Shown piece by piece: positions 14,581 to 23,829 of a DNA stretch of 24,000 nucleotides; the first letter of the stretch is position 1; each line of letters starts with the position of its first letter. This stretch comes from Desulfonatronovibrio hydrogenovorans DSM 9292 (lineage in GTDB: Bacteria; Desulfobacterota; Desulfovibrionia; Desulfovibrionales; Desulfonatronovibrionaceae). The stretch is taken from assembly GCF_000686525.1 (NCBI RefSeq), contig NZ_JMKT01000016.1, positions 69,616 to 93,615 of the forward strand, written 5' to 3'. The translations under genes were made by a program, and so were the position numbers. The notes below the pieces were generated by a model. The model made no database searches. It was not told where the DNA came from and worked only from the letters and a program-made list of their open reading frames with translations.

Positions 14581-15785
14581 AGCCCGCCCATGGTAAACAT
14601 TCCATCATCGTAGATAGTTATCACATCCTTATTTTTCAGATGCGCACGCACTGTTTTCTTTTCAGTGTTCACCAGATCCCAGTGCAGGGCCGAATCATTA
14701 AAGCCCAGCTCTTTTTTCAGTTCCTTGGTCAGTGTGTCTGGGTCATCTGAAAAAGTATCTGAGTAGGAAGCTCCAAGGGCAACATGGCAGTTGCCATTAG
14801 GGCCACCAAAATTCTCATCAAACAAAGTATGAGCCATAAACTTGTCTATGCGTGAAAACCGTTTGTCTGTCAGTGAAAACTCGCCCAGAAAAGAAGCTCC
14901 CTCATCAAGGGCTACCTGTTTGAGCAAAAATTCCTGCCCTTCCTCTGCTTCGGCCTTGACAACCTTGCCGTCCTGAAACTCAAGCCGGACCCCCCTGACC
15001 AGGTTGCCACTCCGATACGAGGGCTGGTCAGCATAAAAAACACCCTGGGTCCTTCGATAGTCCGGAGAAAGAAAAATTTCAAAACTGGGGATGTTATGAC
15101 CGGACACACCCAGCCATTTTCTTTTCAATCCCGGAAAGACCTTTAAATCCGTATTTTCGGACACAACATGAAAGTATTCCACATCCATCTGATTGAGCCA
15201 GGTCTTGACCTTTTTTGAGGTCTCAAAAATGCTCTGCCACAAGGCTCCAGGGTCAGCCTGGTCCAGGTATGCTGCCTTGATTATCTGCCTTTTATACTCA
15301 TCAATCTCCATCCCAGCCTTGGAGGCAAGTTCCCCGGTGGGGTAGAGGCAAAGGCTCCATCCAAATTCACCCTTATTCTCCCTGTCTTCCAGTATGTCTC
15401 TTAAGTATTTCTTGGTAACAGCATATTTACCAATTCTTGAAGGATCGACATCTTTGAGGTGGGTCAGTGATTCAGGCCCCAAAAGGGAAATAAGACCATT
15501 AAGAGAGGAATAAAGTTCAGCATCCCCCGGGATTCTGAACTCAAGCTGATGGTCCTGGGCACTGGTAAAGAAGGTTTTTTCAAGATCTTCAGGCAGATTG
15601 ATCCTGACCACCGGGTTGAGTTCCATTATCAGCAACTGCCTGTATATTTCATCAGCCAGTGGAAGACAGGCCTTATCAGTCCTGATCAAAACGATATTAT
15701 CTTTGACAAATGGATTTTTACGGGCCTTTTTCATGCCCCAGATCATGACCTGGGCGTACCTGTCCAATTCTTCCGTGGTAAACAA
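14577..15785 (-). CDS. M29-family (AmpS/PepS-like) aminopeptidase
   Basis: 402 aa with a TTG start and AGGAG upstream. The N-terminal EELDRYAQVMIWG resembles the LEKYAELLV.G pattern of M29 enzymes. A CHVALGASY metal-site-like motif lies near the C-terminus. The family call is from memory. Confidence 0.7.
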   Translation of the reverse strand: MFTTEELDRYAQVMIWGMKKARKNPFVKDNIVLIRTDKACLPLADEIYRQLLIMELNPVVRINLPEDLEKTFFTSAQDHQLEFRIPGDAELYSSLNGLISLLGPESLTHLKDVDPSRIGKYAVTKKYLRDILEDRENKGEFGWSLCLYPTGELASKAGMEIDEYKRQIIKAAYLDQADPGALWQSIFETSKKVKTWLNQMDVEYFHVVSENTDLKVFPGLKRKWLGVSGHNIPSFEIFLSPDYRRTQGVFYADQPSYRSGNLVRGVRLEFQDGKVVKAEAEEGQEFLLKQVALDEGASFLGEFSLTDKRFSRIDKFMAHTLFDENFGGPNGNCHVALGASYSDTFSDDPDTLTKELKKELGFNDSALHWDLVNTEKKTVRAHLKNKDVITIYDDGMFTMGGL

Positions 15786-16396
15786 TTTTCATCTCCTTTG
15801 ATGTTCAATTCGTGCATTAGACTGATAATCTGTTCAGGGCTAAAAATAAAGTCATTGGTTGGTTCCAGACCAAGCTCAGCAATCCAGTCCTGATTCAGTT
15901 CGTGATATGTCTTTGCAGTGGAGTTTTCCATGTCCAGACCAAGGCACTGAACTTTCTTAACAATAACCTCTTCAGCTGCCTCCAGTTCTACAAATCTGCC
16001 AAAAGGGAGAATATCCAGGCAGATCTTGACATCTTGCATTTTCCATACCTGTCTGAACTTCTCATACTTAAGCCAAATAGAGTATCCTAGGGAACAGAAA
16101 ATTGCAAAGACTTCTCCGGCATCTCCAATGGTCGTTTCAAATTCCTGCCTGGTTTTAGCGATCCCAGGCCCGGCATCAGGGACAGGAAGTTTAAGGGTAA
16201 GTTTATTGGCCATTCCAGAACGAATCCTTAAAAGACAGTCTCTCTTCCTGAGTCGCCCGGTTTGGTCATCAAGCACAATATTCTGCTCAAAATACCATGG
16301 GCTGGAATGAGCTTCCATTCCAGCCAATCTTGTGGTTATTTCCCTGAAGCCCTCTACCCTGAACTTCAGCTCCGTTTCAATCTGCATTACTTTCAT
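15743..16396 (-). CDS. CYTH-domain protein (class IV adenylate cyclase CyaB / triphosphatase-like)
   Basis: The N-terminal IETELKFRV carries the ExExK signature of CYTH. The protein continues through LRIR....LTLK and ends the domain at ICLDILPFGRFVELEA. It has about 40-50 extra C-terminal residues compared with the typical ~180 aa. A GGAG RBS is present. Confidence 0.8.
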   Translation of the reverse strand: MKVMQIETELKFRVEGFREITTRLAGMEAHSSPWYFEQNIVLDDQTGRLRKRDCLLRIRSGMANKLTLKLPVPDAGPGIAKTRQEFETTIGDAGEVFAIFCSLGYSIWLKYEKFRQVWKMQDVKICLDILPFGRFVELEAAEEVIVKKVQCLGLDMENSTAKTYHELNQDWIAELGLEPTNDFIFSPEQIISLMHELNIKGDENCLPRKNWTGTPRS

Positions 16397-16443
16397 TCAT
16401 CTCCAAGGATTCCTGAGACCGCCTGATCATTCATCGATTTCTT

Positions 16444-16473
16444 TTGACAACTTCCCTTATTAGTACCTATACA
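16444..16473 (+). promoter_or_regulatory. sigma70-like promoter candidate for the REC/HD-GYP gene
   Basis: TTGACA (16444-16449), 18-nt spacer, TATACA (16468-16473). The -35 element coincides with the TTG that the ORF track uses as a start, which supports ATG 16540 as the real start. Confidence 0.35.
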
Positions 16474-16539
16474 CCTATTAAAGATCAACAAGTTGTAACT
16501 TATCCTGATCCCTTTCTTTTCAATATCCCGGAGCAGCAT

Positions 16540-17724
16540 ATGGTAAATCAGAGGGTCCTTTTTGTTGACGATGACCTAAACATCCTTGAAGGATTCCAGC
16601 GCACCCTGCGCAAAAAATTCCAGGTGGAAACTGCAACTGGCCCAATGCAGGGACTTCGGACCATCAATGAAAAAGGTCCATACGCTGTAGTGGTGGCCGA
16701 CCTTAAAATGCCCAAAATCAGCGGCATTGAATTTCTTTCCAGAGTCAAAAAACTGTTTCCAGAGACTGTCAGAATAATGCTGACCGGACATGGAGACCTG
16801 AATGTGGCCATGGAAGCCATAAACCAGGGAAATGTATTTCGCTTCCTGGTCAAACCGTGCGCACCCCATGAGATTGACAATGCCTTGCAGGCAGGGATTG
16901 AACAGTATCGTCTGGTCACCCTGGAAAAGGACATCATGGAAAAGACTGTTACCGGGATTACCGACACCCTGACGGACATATTGACCATCACCAATGAAGA
17001 AGCCATGGGCAGAGCAACAAGAATCAAACGATTCGTCCGGGACGTGGCTCTGCACCTGGGTGAGACAGATGTCTGGTTTTATGAGACCGGAGCTTTACTG
17101 TCCCAGATCGGATGCGTTGTCCTGCCCCAGGCAATCCTGCAGAAAATTAAAACCGGGGAAAAACTTGAAGATGAAGAGCTGGAGCTGTTCAGTCAACACC
17201 CCTTTATTGCCTCGAATCTGATCAGCAAGATACCCAGACTGGAAAAGCTGGGCAACATGGTCGCCTACCAGGAAAAACATTACAATGGAGATGGGTTCCC
17301 AGCTGGCACGGTCAAAGGCAGGGATATCCCTCTGGGATCTCGGATTCTAAAGATCGTTCTGGACTATGACCTGCTCATAAACAGAGGGTTTTCGAGAAAA
17401 GACAGTTTACTGCGGATGCTGGACAGAAAGGGACGCTATGATCCAAAAGTAATAAAGGCATTTATTGAAGTCCTTCAGCTGGAGGAACAATACTCATATA
17501 GCAGGGTCTCAGTGAAAGATCTGCTGCCTTACATGATTGCTGGAGATGAGATCCTGTCTTTAAGCGGCATGCTCCTGCTTCAAAAAGGAAGCGAATTGAC
17601 TCTGAGCCAGGTGGAGAGACTGAACAGTCTGGAAAAGACCTATGGAGTCAAACAGCCCATTTCAGTATTGATTCCTCCAAAGGAAATCCGCAGGAAAAAA
17701 GAATCATTAACCCGGGAAGGTTGA
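16540..17724 (+). CDS. Response regulator with a degenerate HD-GYP domain
   Basis: ATG 16540 has GGAG 7 nt upstream. The REC domain looks intact (VDDD, ADLKMP, LTGH, VKPC). In the HD-GYP-like domain the HD dyad reads SQ (ALLSQIGC), HHE reads YQE and GYP reads GFP (YQEKHYNGDGFP). Confidence 0.8.
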   Translation: MVNQRVLFVDDDLNILEGFQRTLRKKFQVETATGPMQGLRTINEKGPYAVVVADLKMPKISGIEFLSRVKKLFPETVRIMLTGHGDLNVAMEAINQGNVFRFLVKPCAPHEIDNALQAGIEQYRLVTLEKDIMEKTVTGITDTLTDILTITNEEAMGRATRIKRFVRDVALHLGETDVWFYETGALLSQIGCVVLPQAILQKIKTGEKLEDEELELFSQHPFIASNLISKIPRLEKLGNMVAYQEKHYNGDGFPAGTVKGRDIPLGSRILKIVLDYDLLINRGFSRKDSLLRMLDRKGRYDPKVIKAFIEVLQLEEQYSYSRVSVKDLLPYMIAGDEILSLSGMLLLQKGSELTLSQVERLNSLEKTYGVKQPISVLIPPKEIRRKKESLTREG

Positions 17725-17741
17725 CCTGCCCCGGTTTTTTT
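17709..17741 (+). terminator. Rho-independent terminator candidate
   Basis: AACCCGGG (17709-17716) pairs with CCCCGGTT (17729-17736) at 7 of 8 positions. The 12-nt loop contains the TGA stop. A T7 run follows. Confidence 0.4.
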
Positions 17742-17755
17742 CAGACAGACTCCAG

Positions 17756-18979
17756 TCAGTCTTCATCAGACTCCATTGCTGTCCTGCCGTCCTTAAGTGC
17801 CAGAGCCTGCCATGACTCCAGTCTGTCTAACAGCCCCATTCTGCCCAGATATTCCAGGTCAAAATCAGGAACGAAGTAGTCAGGGTTAACGATATAGTAT
17901 TTGCGTTCCAGGATGTTGGCCGCATAAACTGCGCTGACCGGGTTAAAGGTCTGGACCGGCTTGGAGGGATTGTGGTGAAAGGCTATGGCCTCAACAATGG
18001 AAATCGGCAGTCCCCATATCCCCATGAGATATGCACCTATCTCGGCATGGGTCGTGCCCATGATCTCCAGCTCCACTTCATGTACAGACCGATTTTCTTG
18101 ACGCACCTTTTCCAGGATCATGTTGTAACGGTCTGGAAGCTGACTTGCCAGAACAAGCTTGCCCACATCATGGAGCAAACCTCCAATATAGCATTCATCA
18201 GCCATATCCTTGGTAATTCCTTCAGCCCGCCCCAGCTTTTCAGCCAGCCTTCCTGTTGTCAGGCAATGCTCCCACAGATCCTTAAGAGAGAAACCCGGGA
18301 CCCTGGAAAAATCAAATACAGAAAAAATATGTACTGACAATATAAGGGACCGGATCACGTTTGTGCCCAGGAGGGTGGCGGCCTGTTCCGGACTGGAAAT
18401 ATGCCTGCAGAACCCGAAAAATGAAGAATTAACCAGCTTTAACAGCTTTGCACACATCCCCACATCCTGGGAAATAATTTTGCCGATTCTGGCCAGAGAA
18501 GGCTCTGGGCCTGAAAGCTCCCTGACTACCTGATGATAAACCTCAGGCACAGCCGGAAGAGAACCGATGCTGTTTATAACAGACTGGACTGAGTCATCTT
18601 CGATCAAGTCCTTGATAGCCACGGCCTTTTCAATCACTGCTTTCAACTGCTCAGAACTGCAGGGTTTTGAGAGATACTGGTGAGCAGGCAGGACTGTCTG
18701 GATGACTGAGTCAATATCCGAGTGTCCTGACAGGATGATCCGGATGGTGCGCGGATATTTCGTCATTACCTGGGTCAGCAGTTCTGCACCGTCCATACCC
18801 GGCATGCGCATGTCTGTAACAACGACATCCATCGGCTCTTTACCCATAAGGGCCAGCGCTTCTGACCCGCTCTGAACAAAAAACATCTTCCACTCGGTCC
18901 GCATAGGCCTGAGCATTCTTTTCAAGCCACTAAGGATGTTCTGCTCATCATCTACAAAAAGAACCTGTTTTACATGCAC
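17756..18979 (-). CDS. Response regulator with an HDOD output domain
   Basis: The start is preferred at GTG 18979, with GGAGGAGG just upstream and 16 nt after the kinase stop; the track start is 19069. The REC signature is VDDE, TDMRMPGMDG, LSGH, SKPC. The HDOD region contains LPAVPEVY...LLKLVNSSFFG...LLHDVGKLVL. Confidence 0.85.
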   Translation of the reverse strand: MHVKQVLFVDDEQNILSGLKRMLRPMRTEWKMFFVQSGSEALALMGKEPMDVVVTDMRMPGMDGAELLTQVMTKYPRTIRIILSGHSDIDSVIQTVLPAHQYLSKPCSSEQLKAVIEKAVAIKDLIEDDSVQSVINSIGSLPAVPEVYHQVVRELSGPEPSLARIGKIISQDVGMCAKLLKLVNSSFFGFCRHISSPEQAATLLGTNVIRSLILSVHIFSVFDFSRVPGFSLKDLWEHCLTTGRLAEKLGRAEGITKDMADECYIGGLLHDVGKLVLASQLPDRYNMILEKVRQENRSVHEVELEIMGTTHAEIGAYLMGIWGLPISIVEAIAFHHNPSKPVQTFNPVSAVYAANILERKYYIVNPDYFVPDFDLEYLGRMGLLDRLESWQALALKDGRTAMESDED

Positions 18980-18995
18980 AAGCCTCCTCCTTTGC

Positions 18996-20957
18996 TTACG
19001 GCTGAGGTATCCTGACCGAGAAAAGAGTTCCCTGGCCAGGCGTTGAATCAAATGTGATGCTGCCCCCATGCTTGTCTACAACGATGGAATAAGCTATGGC
19101 CAGGCCCTGGCCCGTGCCCTTACCCACGGGTTTTGTAGTAAAAAACTGGTTGAACACTCTGTCCTGGTATTTAGCAGGAATCCCTGCTCCGGTATCTTCA
19201 ATCTGTATTTCCACATAACCTTCAGCTACACCAACCCTGACCTTGATCAGTCCCTTCTCATCCGTACCCTGCACCTTTTCTTTAATAGCCTGGGCTGCGT
19301 TAACAATAAGATTTAAAAAAACCTGATTAAGATCATGAGGATAGCCCCGGATACCTGGCAGGTCAGGGGGAAAAGAAGTCTTAACTTCTGCCACGTATTT
19401 CCACTCGTTTCTGCATATGGCGATGGTGTTTTCCAGAGAATCCCTGAGATCAAAGTAGGTCATTTCATCACGTTCACCAGGGTGGGAAAACTTTTTCATG
19501 GCCTTGACTATAGTACTGATCCGCTCCAGCCCCTGCAGGGACTGCTCTATGGATCTGGGAACTTCGGAAACGAGAAAATCATAATCTGCCCTCTCCCTGG
19601 CTGCATCCAGGTTTTTGACTAAATCCCGGTCCAACAACTCCCTGACAATTGTGTCATATTCGTCAACCAGACCCATGATATCTTCAAAGACGTCCTTCAA
19701 AAACCTGGTATTATCCCCAACATACTGGGCTGGAGTGTTTATTTCGTGAGCTATGCCGGCAGCCAGTTCTCCCACTGCTTCCAGCTTCTGGGCATGGGCC
19801 AGCTGCATCTCCAGGGATTTGCGCTCAGAAATGTCGTGGAAAATTAGGACGACTGATTTTTTCTGTTGAAATTCTTCCTCAAAAGCACAAAAGGAAACAG
19901 GAACCACTTCTCCGGCATGATCTTTGAGTTTGATCTCTTTATGATACACAGGCAGGCATTCAGTACAAAAATCAAAACCAAGTTCTTGCCCGTCAAAGAC
20001 TTTTCTAACCACCTGATCATAATCTTTACCCAGGAGGTCATTGTCCTTAAATAATTTTTCAGCCTCTTCATTTAACCTGACTATCTTTCTGGACTCAATA
20101 TCCACCACCACCAGAGATACATTGATGGCCTGCAGAACAGAGTTGAGTATCCTTTCGTTTTCTTCAAGGCCCATCAACGCCCTATTCCGGCTGGTGGTGT
20201 CTTCTCCGATTGCCTGATAATAAAGAAACTCCCCGTTTCCATCATACATTGCCCTGGCAGTCCACTTTTGCCAACCCACAGATCCATCAGGCCTGGTGGC
20301 AGCAAACTCATAATAATCAATCGGATTCTCTCTGGTCAGTTTATTTAGCCTTTTGTGGGCTTCAGCCTTGACTTCTGCCGGCAACAGGTCATGCCACGTT
20401 CTTCCTATGAGTTCATCAGCAGATTTTCCAAAAAAATCACAATAGGCATTGTTTACAAAATAAAGAGTTGAATCTTTATGAAAAGTGCAGACCATGATGG
20501 GCATATCCTGAGACAGTCGGCGAAACTTTTCCTCACTGTCTTTCAGTTTATTTTCTACAGTTCTACGCTTCAGCTCCAGCTCGGCTTCCTTTTGCTTCCT
20601 GCGCAGAGCAAGATCAATTTCAGCCACCAGCTGCCCGCTTTCCACTGGTTTCCTAAGATAAGCATATGGAAGAGTCTCGGCAGCCCTTTGAATGGTATGC
20701 TCATCATACAGAGCAGAAATAAAGATTACAGGTATGGACCAGTTGTTTCTGATAATTCCTGCGGCCTCTATGCCGTCCATTTCACCAGGCAGCATGATAT
20801 CCATTAAGACCACATCCGGTGGTTGCCGGGCAATGCTTTTGATAGCCTCATCCCCTGTTCCGGCTTCAGCACACACTTCATAGCCATGTTTCTGAACCGT
20901 CTTTTTTAAAATGGTCCTTGCAGTCTGGTCATCTTCAACAATCAAAATTTTCTTCAT
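18996..20957 (-). CDS. Hybrid sensor histidine kinase (N-terminal REC, PAS x2, HisKA, HATPase_c)
   Basis: The REC signature is IVEDD...LMDIMLPGEMDG...KP. Two PAS-like regions follow. The H-box is AAGIAHEINTP. The ATPase G-boxes are EDTGAGIP and GTGQGLAI. Confidence 0.9.
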   Translation of the reverse strand: MKKILIVEDDQTARTILKKTVQKHGYEVCAEAGTGDEAIKSIARQPPDVVLMDIMLPGEMDGIEAAGIIRNNWSIPVIFISALYDEHTIQRAAETLPYAYLRKPVESGQLVAEIDLALRRKQKEAELELKRRTVENKLKDSEEKFRRLSQDMPIMVCTFHKDSTLYFVNNAYCDFFGKSADELIGRTWHDLLPAEVKAEAHKRLNKLTRENPIDYYEFAATRPDGSVGWQKWTARAMYDGNGEFLYYQAIGEDTTSRNRALMGLEENERILNSVLQAINVSLVVVDIESRKIVRLNEEAEKLFKDNDLLGKDYDQVVRKVFDGQELGFDFCTECLPVYHKEIKLKDHAGEVVPVSFCAFEEEFQQKKSVVLIFHDISERKSLEMQLAHAQKLEAVGELAAGIAHEINTPAQYVGDNTRFLKDVFEDIMGLVDEYDTIVRELLDRDLVKNLDAARERADYDFLVSEVPRSIEQSLQGLERISTIVKAMKKFSHPGERDEMTYFDLRDSLENTIAICRNEWKYVAEVKTSFPPDLPGIRGYPHDLNQVFLNLIVNAAQAIKEKVQGTDEKGLIKVRVGVAEGYVEIQIEDTGAGIPAKYQDRVFNQFFTTKPVGKGTGQGLAIAYSIVVDKHGGSITFDSTPGQGTLFSVRIPQP

Positions 20958-21077
20958 GCCAGATCCTTAAAAACTTATTGAATTTAATTTGCTGGAATCC
21001 AAACGGAGAAGCCGGCCAGATTATTTGGATATATATAGAAAAGAGTCCTCAGAACCTGGTAGCAAGGCAACCAGTTT

Positions 21078-21554
21078 CTACTGGCCTGCAATGCTTATTT
21101 CCACGACCAGCTTGCCTTTGGCACAGGAAAAAGGAACAGACAGGATAGGGGAAGAAGGAATATGGTCAAGTTTACGGCCTTTTCCCTGAACTACTCTTGG
21201 TGTTTTAGCCTTAAAAACCATGCCTGACTCGGCCAGCTCCTTACGGGCCTGGCCGGATATCATATTGGTCAACTCGCCCACAGCATCAGCAATATCATCA
21301 TTGAGTTCAGTATAGTTCTCAAAAAGCATATTATTGACTATGGATAAAATAACGTCTTTGCCAAGACTAAGGGACAACACTCCCTTGGAGTAGCCATCTA
21401 TTTCCAAAAGACCAGTGATATCGCCGACAGATGTTCTTTTTTTGTTCAGGTAAGGCTTTCCAGGAACAACCTCGATATTCGCCATACTGGAGAGGACACT
21501 TTGGACTGCGTTTAGAACCGGGTTTATGAATTCGACATTGTATTGCTCAGCCAT
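21078..21554 (-). CDS. cheX: CheX-family CheY-P phosphatase
   Basis: The start is preferred at ATG 21554 (MAEQYNVEFINPVLNAVQSVL). The protein is collinear with remembered CheX sequences: FINPF......VL..M, GDITGLL, DAVGELTNMISG. The track start, TTG 21617, is less likely. Confidence 0.85.
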   Translation of the reverse strand: MAEQYNVEFINPVLNAVQSVLSSMANIEVVPGKPYLNKKRTSVGDITGLLEIDGYSKGVLSLSLGKDVILSIVNNMLFENYTELNDDIADAVGELTNMISGQARKELAESGMVFKAKTPRVVQGKGRKLDHIPSSPILSVPFSCAKGKLVVEISIAGQ

Positions 21555-21642
21555 GGAGTTATAATGGACTCCACTTTTTTCAGGGTCAACTGTTAAATGG
21601 CAATTTTTTCCGGGCAAAACCCAGGCCTCTTGGCCTGGATAC

Positions 21643-22866
21643 TCAAATAAGCATGTGGGAAACCTGTCTCAAGGCTTCCCCGTGCTTTTGGAAAAGATCA
21701 ACCACTTGATTTGTGCCGAGCTTCAGTTCCTGCCAGAAATCATCCTCCATTCCAGGCAAAACATAACTCCAGCCTCCGGCAATAGCAAAAGCCACAGCCA
21801 TATTGTCGGCCAGCTGGATTATTGCGGCCTGGCGGGGCAGGTCTGAACCTTTGGCCTGATGATGATTGCCAACCAGGCTGGCCAGCCTGTCCGGACAGCC
21901 CCAGGCCCTCAGGAGTTTTTCTCCCAGTCCGGCGTGATTGAAGCCAAGAATAACTTCTTCAGCCTCAGGCAGGGGAAGAGTATTTCCTCTGGCATGAAGC
22001 AGAACCTGCAGGTAAGCTTGGGGAAGGTTTTTCAAAAGCAATAAACGCCCCACATCATGCAAAAGCCCGGCAGTAAAAAACTGCTCGCCCTCGAACCCGC
22101 ACAACCTGGCCAGTTCCTTGGAAAAAATAGCGCAGCTTATGGAGTGGCGCCAGAAAGTAGACACATCCATCAGGTCCGAGGGAATGTCCTTGAACATGGG
22201 CATGGCGATAATCCCCAGGGCCAGACTGGATACACCCTCTACTCCGATGATGGCCACAGCCCTTTCAATTGAATCTACCTGAGATGGGAAAGCATATATG
22301 GGGCTGTTGACAAGACGCAACAGCTTGGCGGTAAGATTGACGTCCAGACGCACAACATCGGCTACATGCCGGGCTGAACTGTCCGGAGACTTTAAAATCT
22401 CCTGCAACCTGAAATAGGTATCTGGAACTGAAATCAGCTCCATCTCATGGCTGACAATATCCTCAGGACCTCCCTCTTCCTTAAAGAAAAGATCCCGCAT
22501 CCCCTGATGTTCAGTGGCCCGGAATTCATGCCCGCATGGCAGGACCCAGTCACCGGCCTGGACCAGGCGGGACATGGTACTCTCCAGGACCTCCCTGTAC
22601 AGGCTGTTGAAGACTGGGCTGTCCGGATCAACATAATTGAAATATGGCCGGACATGCTCCTGGCAGCGCCTGGCCAGGTCTTCCAGATCCTCTTGCTCCC
22701 CTTGAGATATGACACGGACCCAGCTGATGCCCAGATCAATCAGACCCTGGATATGTCCAACGGACAAAAGAGTACCCTTGGGAATGAAAACACTGTCATC
22801 CACTCCAGGCACGTCTTTGCCTATCTCCATTCCAGGCTGAAGGTGCTCAGTACAGACTTTTTTCAC
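21643..22866 (-). CDS. HDOD-domain protein with an uncharacterised N-terminal domain of about 180 aa
   Basis: The start is preferred at GTG 22866, with GGAGG 7 nt upstream. The HDOD region contains LLRLVNSPIYAF...AGLLHDVGRLLL...GNHHQ. I do not recognise the N-terminal part. Confidence 0.8.
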   Translation of the reverse strand: MKKVCTEHLQPGMEIGKDVPGVDDSVFIPKGTLLSVGHIQGLIDLGISWVRVISQGEQEDLEDLARRCQEHVRPYFNYVDPDSPVFNSLYREVLESTMSRLVQAGDWVLPCGHEFRATEHQGMRDLFFKEEGGPEDIVSHEMELISVPDTYFRLQEILKSPDSSARHVADVVRLDVNLTAKLLRLVNSPIYAFPSQVDSIERAVAIIGVEGVSSLALGIIAMPMFKDIPSDLMDVSTFWRHSISCAIFSKELARLCGFEGEQFFTAGLLHDVGRLLLLKNLPQAYLQVLLHARGNTLPLPEAEEVILGFNHAGLGEKLLRAWGCPDRLASLVGNHHQAKGSDLPRQAAIIQLADNMAVAFAIAGGWSYVLPGMEDDFWQELKLGTNQVVDLFQKHGEALRQVSHMLI

Positions 22867-22950
22867 TCCTGAACCTCCAAATTTCAACGTAAACCACCAG
22901 CTGATGGCCAAAATAAGCTTCAATCAAGTCAGTCACATTCTACTCCGGGC

Positions 22951-23829
22951 CTATTCCATTCTTTGATAGACCATTCCTCCGGGTTTTCTCACAGGCTGAA
23001 ATATGTTGGTTATACTGTGCAGTGACTCTGAGTGGCCGAGGATGAGATATCCACCAGGCTGAAGGTTGTCGTAAAAGGCATTTATGACCTTCTTTTTCAT
23101 GGCCAGGTCAAAATAAATAATCACATTGCGGCAAAATACGATCTGCGATCTTGGGATGGTTTTCAAGGCAGCAGTATCGTTCAGGTTAATCTTTTGAAAA
23201 TTGACATTTTTCTGGACCTTGGGATGGATTCGGTATCCGCCCGGCTCCTTGGTGAAATATCTGGCTATGATGTCTTTGGGGGTATTGCGAAGTGAATAAT
23301 CATTATAAAGACCCTGCTTTGCCTTCTCAATCATTGCGCTTGATATATCATTGGCAGTAATCCTTATTTTCCATCCGATTATGCCCAGCTTGAGAATTTC
23401 ATGAAGCATCATGCTCAGTGTGTAGGGCTCTTCACCTGACGAACAGCCAGCTGACCAGATATTCAGACTTTTTCTGCCTGAGTTTTTCTGCTCGTCAAGA
23501 GTGGGCATCAGGATGGAATCCCTGAACACATCCAACTGTTTCTGATCCCGAAAAAAGCTGGTTTCATTGGTGGTCATCTTTTCACAGAAGACCTCTATTT
23601 CCTGTTTTCTGTCTGCACCATGACGAAGATATTGATAGTATTCGGAAAAACTCTTGAGCTTGAGTTCAATAATCCTTGAACGCAGCCTGTTTTCAAGCAG
23701 ATACTTTCTTTGCTTGGGAACATCTATCCCGGCCAGCTGGTAGATAAAAGAGCGCAGTTCCTCAAACTCCTTATCAGTCAAGGGGGTGGTAGTGCGAAGA
23801 CCCAGAGGCTGCGAACTGAAAAATGACAT
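22951..23829 (-). CDS. cheR: CheR protein-glutamate O-methyltransferase
   Basis: The protein contains LTDKEFEELRSFIYQLAGI and TNETSFFRD, plus the SAM-binding segment IWSAGCSSGEEPYTLSMML and a C-terminal LQPGGYLILGHSE. Confidence 0.9.
   Translation of the reverse strand: MSFFSSQPLGLRTTTPLTDKEFEELRSFIYQLAGIDVPKQRKYLLENRLRSRIIELKLKSFSEYYQYLRHGADRKQEIEVFCEKMTTNETSFFRDQKQLDVFRDSILMPTLDEQKNSGRKSLNIWSAGCSSGEEPYTLSMMLHEILKLGIIGWKIRITANDISSAMIEKAKQGLYNDYSLRNTPKDIIARYFTKEPGGYRIHPKVQKNVNFQKINLNDTAALKTIPRSQIVFCRNVIIYFDLAMKKKVINAFYDNLQPGGYLILGHSESLHSITNIFQPVRKPGGMVYQRME

Noticed and set aside
16444-16539. The TTG 16444 start for the REC/HD-GYP gene.
   Set aside because: This TTG is part of a TTGACA -35-like hexamer. 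The added 32 residues precede the receiver domain without any motif, and ATG 16540 has a GGAG RBS.
20958-21077. A promoter or terminator in the 120-nt gap between cheX and the kinase gene (TATATATA stretch and an imperfect AACTGG...CCAGGTT hairpin).
   Set aside because: I found no -35/-10 pair at acceptable spacing. The hairpin has a bulge and no T-run. Nothing here supports a call either way.
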